A stretch of DNA of 59,449 nt, counting the filler, from Sphacelaria rigidula (Eukaryota), in NCBI GenBank assembly GCA_964200075.2. It is 8 parts of 8 records of this genome, joined end to end, with 100 filler letters (N's around TTAATTAATTAA, not from the genome) between each part and the next. Parts side by side here need not be neighbours in the genome. Positions count along the whole stretch, not along the records: positions 44,664 to 52,006 come from CAXNAA020015341.1; positions 52,107 to 59,449 come from CAXNAA020015342.1; 6 more parts are not named here. One strand, given 5' to 3'. Numbering within the stretch: the first letter of the stretch is position 1; the number at the start of each line of letters is the position of its first letter. The position numbers were made by a program, and so were the translations under genes. Below, in pieces: positions 51,940 to 59,449 of this stretch. The notes under the pieces were generated by a model. It was given only the letters and a program-made list of their open reading frames with translations, did no database searches and was not told the DNA's origin.

Positions 51940-52006
51940 TGTGACGCTAGCAGGTCTGCTAGTACTGCAGCGTCAAAATGCTGTTGAGGGACTCCCCAGC
52001 TCTTCT

Positions 52007-52106
52007 NNNNNNNNNNNNNNNNNNNNNNNNNNNNNNNNNNNNNNNNNNNNTTAATTAATTAANNNNNNNNNNNNNNNNNNNNNNNNNNNNNNNNNNNNNN
52101 NNNNNN
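52007..52106. other. Artificial contig linker
   Basis: N44-TTAATTAATTAA-N44. Confidence 0.98.
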
Positions 52107-52772
52107 GAGTTGGATGGAGTTTGCATGGTCCTGTGAACGGGTGTTATTTGGCGTGGTGGTCTGTAAGATAAGAGTCAAGTGCCGCTTCGTGCCTGTCGAT
52201 TGCACGTTTTCGATCGATTTTCAATTTTTTCAATCGTTGCGTACTTCTCCGCGCGGCGCTAATCATGATTTTGAGTTGAAGCCTTCGAGGAACATAAATG
52301 CGGTGGACCTATCAGATAATACATTTTTTTTCGATCGAAAAAGAAGTGCCAAGACACACCCTAAGGCAGGGCCTCCGTTGTTTCCTCTACTCTCACAATA
52401 TCTCAAACATCAATGGTGCATGCGGTCGGGGGCTTGCGGATCGTCGGGAACTAGGTGATTGATTAATTGATTGTCGCGCGTGATGTGTTCCCTCCGATAT
52501 CCACCAGTCGTCACATGATAGACGCATCTTACCGGAGGAAGGAACGGAAAAAGTGAAGGGACGATTTACCACACGGAGACGTGAACAACGAAAGAAAAGT
52601 GGGCACACGCACAAAAGCACAGAAGGAAGTGGACACGCGAAGATAAGAACAGGAAACGAGAACTGCGGAAAGGGCAAAACACATGAAAAACGAGGAAGTA
52701 AAGGGAAAAAAACGCTGGATTCAAGGCAGCAGGGGATATACGCATTGAAGCATTACTGACGTACGTACGTAC

Positions 52773-52915
52773 CGTCCTGTATGCTTCGGCCATCTCCTGC
52801 GCGGTGACCTCTGACTTTTTCGTCCTCTCCTTAATGCCCTTCATGTTCTCGGCGTGGAGGTACAAAGTGTCGTACGTCGATCGCGCGGTTATGGTCTCGG
52901 TGGCATCATTGAGTG
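52773..52915 (-). CDS. ParB/Srx-domain protein, exon 2
   Basis: ggcag acceptor. The phase-1 join gives RVLGD-S-LNDATETITARSTYDTLYLHAENMK..AQEMAEAYRT, followed by a GTACGT donor. Confidence 0.65.
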
Positions 52916-53648
52916 CTGCCGAACGCCGCACGATCATTACAGCATAAACAAGATGTGCAAGCAGGGGGCGCGGGGAAAAAGGGACCAGCAAACGTACATT
53001 ATTAGTATGGCGGTGGAAGCCGGTCTAAAGTCAGATTCATGTCCGAAAAGGAAGTAGTGACATGATTGACACCTGCGCAGATCTATGCTGTGCGAGCATG
53101 CGATACATATCCCTGCGGTGCTCAGATGCAGGGTGCCTTAATATCGTGCGGGGGATTAGCAAACATGTACGTGCTCGAACCCTACTCATGACCACATGCG
53201 CTGCGCCAAATTTTGAACGTGAAACAAACGAATCTCGCCAGGAAATATTGCTCTCCTACTTCTTTTTGGGGAGGCCGTTCCGTGTATGTTACAGCCAGGG
53301 CGAGACAGAAACGGAAGTAAACTGAGAAACGTGGGTCGCCAACCACGGCGATTACAGCCGTAGAGTTGTTCTCCTCGACCTTCAGAATGCGGGGCATGTG
53401 GTTAAAAACAAAAGATTGCACATAAGTAGACAGCACACGGCGCCACTGCAGCAAATGAAACTTGAGACATTGCTACCAAAATTGGTACTTGCTGCGGGGC
53501 GGCCAGCGCATGTGAGGTATCTGTGTCACATGTTGAGATCGATGGTGAATACCGCCGACTGTTAAATGCTGCACGCACGCCACAAACCGTTCGTCGATTC
53601 ACAACAAGCGGGTACACAAGCGGGAACGTAGGCACGCGGCAAACGTAC

Positions 53649-54069
53649 AATCGCCCAAGACCCTCATGGTAGCAGCATCGAACGCGTAGTGCACACGGCA
53701 GCGTAGTCTCGTCTCTCCGCTCATGATCTTCTTGGCCCCTGCGAGTCGATGGTTTCCGTCAAGTACTTTATAGACGACTGTCGGAATGCAGTCCTCGGTA
53801 AACTCGCCGTTCGGCAGCCCTTTCCTGTCCACGACTAGCGCAGGCTCGGCGTGCGGGAGCCATCCCTTCTCCGTGATGGACTTCACCATCACATCTAAAC
53901 CTCTTTCGTTCAACGGGCGCATGAACGCCGTCAGCCTTATTTGGCTAAGAGGCACGTCGAAGCAAGCGATGAGGTTCCGGGTTAGACTGTTCGCGAGGGT
54001 TCCCTGGCTGTTGTGCCCCCGCTTTTCGGGCCCAGCACCCCCCCCCATATCAGCCACGGCCCCAGACAT
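53649..54069 (-). CDS. ParB/sulfiredoxin-like N-terminal domain protein, exon 1 (true start uncertain)
   Basis: VPLSQI..MRPLNERGLDVMVKSITEKGW..P.LVV..YKVLDGNHRLAGAKKI..LRCRV follows the ParBc pattern including the DGxHR motif. GTACGT donor. Confidence 0.8.
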
Positions 54070-55029
54070 TCCACCGTCGGCACCGGATATGAATAACCGA
54101 TGGCGGTTTGTGTTGCTATATTGAAGCGGAGGGCGGTGTGTCTGGACGAAGGTGGAATTGCAGGCGCGGCAATTTGGGAAGATACGGGATCGCCATTTGT
54201 GTTCCGTTTCCTAGCGCGGGTCACCCGTTATTTATCACGCCGACATGCGCGATATGTCAGTGGCATCTCACTGGGGGAAAACTAATTGTGGTATGTGGAC
54301 ACGCGCATTTCATGTGTGACGACGACCGTTTTTGGTTATCCCATCGACCACGTCTCCGCTTTTTGGAACGCGCCTTCGCAACGTTCTTTTTTGCGGACTA
54401 ATCACCCGTGAATACACGTGGGGTCCCGGTGCGGGCATGAAGCGATGTGCGAGGAGTACAAACGGAACACGAAAACGGAATAAAATTTTCGGATCAGAAA
54501 ACCCGCGCAATGCCACTGTTTGCGATTACTACAACCGCTCATTTGAATGAAGGGGTACTATGCATCGTGTACGGATATTCAACGGAGATTTAGGAAGCTC
54601 ATCCGACCGCTGTGAACTTTCATCCGAGAAGAGACGCTGGACGCCTTCCGGGCGCCGACTGGCAGACAAGTCGGGAGTGAGCAGCAGTTTTCAAACGACA
54701 CACTGACCGCCTGCAGCGGACAAGTCCACCTCGCAGCACTGCAACATGAGCGCGTACGTGGCAAGTCGGGTGGTGTTCGCCCAACGTGAACGTCAGCGGC
54801 CAGGGAAACCTTCACCCGGAGGTGATGATGTCCCCTCTCCCGCAGGTTTGATCCCATGCCCCCTCCAGACCATGAGCCCAAACACCCCACCTCTCCACGG
54901 CTCCTTCCACAGCACCCTACATCGGGGCAGTATAGGCCGAGACTTGGGAAGTTGATCCCTTCAGAACGATTCGAAGAGCACGACACGGCCGGCTACTACC
55001 GACGTAACAGACATGGTGCAGATGTCATT

Positions 55030-57182
55030 TCAGTGCTGCGAGACACTGAAGTGTGTTGAGGGTTTTGTTTGCGGTGCCCGTGATATCGTTGTACTGCACG
55101 CAGAGCAAGTAGAGTTGCAAAACTGAGGTCATGCCGAGCGCGACTCGACTGGGTGCGTCGCCAGGTGCCGTTTGTGAAGATCAGAACAAATCGGGGATCC
55201 ATGCTAGCGGCGAACGAGTTGGTTTGTAATTCGTTTTTCGCACTTGCGTTCCGAGTGTCGCACAACACCATCGAGTCCGCGAAGAGGAACCCACGATCTT
55301 CGGTAGTCCTGAACAGGTATGTCGTGCCATGACTTACAGTGTTCTGCGGGATCGAGACCAACTACTCAGGCTGTCCCCGTCGCCCGTGCTCGGTGTGCAC
55401 TTTAATTGTTACACCGATCACGCGGGGTCGTGCGTGTGTGTATGTATGGGTGTGTGCACGGGTGTTTATCGTCCCATCTATTCTGGAGGCCTGCACGCCG
55501 GTGTACACCTTTTGGTGTGTCTTGGCGTACCTGCCGGGGGGCGCACAGGGGAAAGGTCAACACAGAAGCTTTTTCTTGTTTTTATTTTGATCACTGTACG
55601 CCGCCGTCGTTCTGCGGTGCTCACCTGTCATTGTTGACCGGAACAGGGGTCATGTTTAAAAATGGATACGTTGTTTCCAGTGCTGGTCGATGTTCATGTG
55701 GCCGGCATGCTTTCATGAGTTCAGTTGGGTCACAGCGCGTACACCGATCCATTATGGTGGCGTGCAGCTCCTCACAAAAGTGCACAGCTTTTGCAGTCAG
55801 CACAAGTTCACGGCGAAGTAATGGAGTCGCGGTGCCACTAATGTGTTCCGAACGCAAGCACTGTGTAGAAGACGTCACCGTGTAGCGCTTGCATCATTTG
55901 AACGCATGGGGTTTAAATTTGAAACCCCCACAACCTATCGCACAGGCACCTATCCCGCACGTCGACATCGCCGTGCCAACAGCACCCTCTCTTGAAGCCC
56001 ATACGGACAGACCATGAGTACATGACAGCGGCGCACCCCACGTTATACCGAGTTTCGATCGACCGTGTGCGATGAGGATTCTGATTCCACGTTCCTCCGC
56101 ACTGTCCAACCGCCCGCCACCTCGATCCATCGGCGTTTCTCCGACCACGTGTTTGACATGCAGGGCTGATAGCTCACAGGTACGCAGCCGACACGAGCAC
56201 GTCGTGGCGTTTCTCGACCACTTCGCCGCAAGTTTCGAACAGCACATGCCCCATAGAGACGCCACGTACCTCTACCTTCGAAGGAAGAAGGTGGGTTGTC
56301 CTGGTGTTCAACATCAAGTGCGAAGCAATGCACGGTGCCACCTGTCAAGGACTTTGTACTAGGTCCAAACATTTCGTCTTCGATCAAGCTATGAACACCC
56401 CGACGTCTACCTTACTTCATGTTAGGTTGATATACATTGCACCTGCAAGGCTCTCGTTGAATCTTCCGCTCGATCGCCACGCTCGATGCTTCGCACGTCT
56501 CTCACCCGGGCCAGTTACATTGCAGCTCCTTTCCCGGGCGAGCCTGCGTAGCAGTACAACGACGGTTTTTCGCACTCATTTTCGTATTTATGCAGCCCCG
56601 TCAGACCTGCAGTCGAGGGGCCTCGCCGTTGCACGTCGCTGTCATCATGAGAACAATGTACATGTGCCCCTGATTTTTTATCTTCTCAGCCCCACGTTGA
56701 TTGGAGAACAGGTATCTGTTACCCGATATTCGTTGACGTCATATGATGGACGGATTGTCGATGCGGGGATCATCACACGATTATGTTGATGGCCAAGACC
56801 GGGCTTGCGCCGGTCACCCTGGTATATAGCACCAGGATACTATCATAAGATGTACAACGGGGGTGTCAACGCCGTCGGTACAACCCTACCTCTACCGATG
56901 ACAAATCATCCTTTGTCGGGTTTATGGTCGGCACGTCCCGCAGGAGCTGTATGCACTTTACAAAGGACAGGAGGCGGGAGGATTAGTTGCGAGCGAAGCT
57001 TTTAATATCGCGTTTGGCGAGAGGCACGACCCAAGCTGCAGCCCAAGGTCGGTTCGACGTTCATGAAATGCCACGCCTGTACCGTGTACAAAGACACCCT
57101 GAACGGCACTCCTGGTGTCAGGGCGACACAGGATCCCACCATCGTCGAGGCGGTTAAAGCTGAGCAGAAGAAGCATCTGGAG
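55030..57182 (+). pseudogene. Spliced Sola/DUF7869-like transposase, N-terminal part (exons ~55030-55316, 56164-56290, 56944-57182), frameshifted
   Basis: Phase-consistent GT-AG joins give CCETLKC..VCNSFFALAFRVSHNTI / VAFLDHFAASFEQHMPHRDATYLYLRRKK / ELYALYK..SEAF.YRVWREARPKL..FMKCHACTVY..EQKKHLE. This motif series precedes the DDE core in that family; the core itself was not found. Confidence 0.6.
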
Positions 57183-57853
57183 GTGAGGGAATGCTGTGGG
57201 CATCGCATGTTCTTGAAGCAATGCCTCGTGTGAAAATTACTCCATTTTCGTGCACTCGTGGTTGATTCGTGCCGCACGAAAGTACCCTCAACCTTTGCTT
57301 TTAGGGTTGCAGCCGAGGTACACTGAGTCCAGGCACATGAAATGGCGCAAAATCACCCCGGCAAAATTTGGGTCGGAGCCTTGGTTTGGTTTGGCTTTGG
57401 GCTTGAAGCACACTGTGGAAGCGAACATAAACCGCCGGATCCTTGGCTTGATGTAAGGTGATCATGAATCAATCGTAGCAAACCCAAGTGAGTCAAATCA
57501 CTACGGCTCGGCACCCCAAGACCAGAACAAGCACAGCCAAGGACTTTTTCGCGAAACCGCCACGAGACGAATACCTTGGGGCAAAAGACCGAGGCGGGGG
57601 AGGGGCGCAGTTGCGACGAACCACAAACTCTTCACCCGTCTGCGACCGCAGCAACCACTGCAACGGCCGCACTAGTGTGACTAAGGGGGTGTCGCCGGAG
57701 GGTCCGCGCTATTCATTTGGCGTGATCATTTTTACTTGCTTGCTTGAATCATGTTGAATCATCAAAGAACTGTTGTTATTGATGAATAAATTGAAAGCAA
57801 CACTCAAAACTGCTCAAACCATTGCACACCATCCAAGTTTATTCATGAAACAC

Positions 57854-58099
57854 GACACTTTCTACGATAGCCCCCCCCCAAATCCGGCCAAAAGTGTCAC
57901 GAAAACAATGACCATACAGCGACCGATGTTTGGGTTTAGGCTGCATGAAGCGCCTCATATTGGCAACATTAGCGGGAACGAACCCAAGCGTGGCAATTCC
58001 CGGCCGCTCGTTGTGCTCAGGTTTTCCCATTTCGATTTACGTGAAGATTTTTCCTCCCAAAACCATGCACTTTTGGGGGGGCGCTATCGTAGAAAGTAC
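57854..58099. mobile_element. MITE family M1 copy
   Basis: GACACTTTCTACGATAGCCCC / GCTATCGTAGAAAGT; inverted relative to 11458-11724. Confidence 0.8.
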
Positions 58100-58316
58100 C
58101 ACACACGACCGAACCAAGCACGGCTCGTGCGAATTGTTTCGACAACGTCTTGCTGAGCAGGTGACACCCGAAATAGTGATAAACACTTGTCTCGCTTGAG
58201 AAAAGAATATCTCGAATCCGGAGCTGCCGGGGGAGGGGGGGGTAGTGTGGGTCCAGATGTAATGCGTGGGAGGACCGCGTGCTCCGAGGACCGCATCGGA
58301 ATTGGAACACCCCTGT

Positions 58317-58361
58317 GGTTAGGGTTGGGGTTAGGGTTAGTATTGCGGTTAGGGTGAGGGG
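58317..58361 (+). repeat. Short degenerate TTAGGG-like run
   Basis: GGTTAGGGTTGGGGTTAGGGTTAG..GGTTAGGGTGAGGG. Confidence 0.55.
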
Positions 58362-59449
58362 CGTGGTATCTGCAGGGATTGATCCGATTGAGTTCGCAAA
58401 ACGTCGATCCTGACGTCTTTTGAACCACGGCGCGGTCCACTGAGCACGCCGTCCTCTCACGCACTACACAGCGATATTTGATTTCACCGGCCCTCGCCCC
58501 GGCGACACTGTTCACCCTCGTACCGTACTACGAACACAACAGGTGTGAATCGATTTTGCGAGGCAATCACGAGCATTTTTCACAGGGTAGTTCCCAAGGA
58601 TCGTTGCAGTTGCTTGGCGGTATTTTCTGCCACGCAACCACGCGCGACGCACGTATCATCATCGAACGGCCGGCATCTATTTCCTGCGCCCGCTCCAACA
58701 AATAGTATGTCCAAACGCTTCGGTTTTGGGTTGCACGGGTGCAGGCCATCATCGTTGACGCGAAGACACCGTTCCATTCCGTGTTGTGGTTCCGGAACAG
58801 GAGGAAAATGTTTTTGGACTCTATTTTCCGATATTTTGTAGAGCTTTGAACTGGACCAGTTTACATTGGCAATTAAAAAGTGTTTCACTGGCACTGGTGA
58901 TGAGGACTCCACTTTCTCGAGTTTATTTGAAGTTGCCGGCTGTGATTAAACCATTTTTAGTATGGTTCGTTTACAACAAAGATGCTTACATGATTACGAA
59001 CAACAACGGCGATAGGACTGCACCTGACAACAGCACAGGTACCGACAGTACAGTACAGAACTCGTGGTCACTGCACCTTGAAGTGATATTGCGGATATGT
59101 GCCAGGCTGCTCGTTTCATAGCACGACATACATCTGGGGTTGTAAATAGCACACAAACGGTTCTCTGAGGCCACAACATACCAAGCACCCCATGGCTTGC
59201 AATCCAACCGCATGCGTGATTGTGGGTCCGTACGTCAATCATTTTGCGCTCTTATTTCCGCGTGTTGCCAGCCTTGGCTTGTTTCATCAACCTCTTCTCA
59301 CTGAGAGTCTGCTGCTGCACAATACAGATGCTTCCGATGGGATTTGAATGTCATCCGACAGTGCACTCCCAAAAAACAAAACATCCGAGACCCTATGCCC
59401 CTTGTTTGAATCCTGGAGTCTTGTCGGTGGGAGGGAGGGGGGGGGGGGG

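Noticed and set aside
58317-58361. True telomere or chromosome fusion site
   Set aside because: Only a few degenerate units, internal, and in one orientation.

Overview
Repeat-rich eukaryotic DNA. The GT-AG introns and the transposon types suggest a brown alga or related stramenopile, which is an inference. The window is not one locus. It is eight contigs (five of 7344 bp, then three of 7343 bp, so length-sorted) joined by 100-bp N44-TTAATTAATTAA-N44 linkers, and no adjacency across linkers is meaningful. It contains: (1) four pieces of one large Ty3/gypsy LTR-retrotransposon family, whose integrase ends in a chromodomain plus a second Tudor/PWWP-like barrel; (2) a Ty1/copia gag remnant; (3) about ten 3'-end copies of a tail-less LINE-like family that sit at C-runs, several with target-site duplications (TSDs) and a conserved two-hairpin 3' structure; (4) a tRNA-derived SINE and several MITE/foldback families; (5) host exons from a PPR gene and an ankyrin-WW gene; (6) in the last contig, a spliced ParB/Srx-domain gene head-to-head with a spliced, decayed Sola/DUF7869-like transposase, the best candidate for an undescribed two-gene DNA transposon. 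All calls come from motif recognition by eye; no searches were run.
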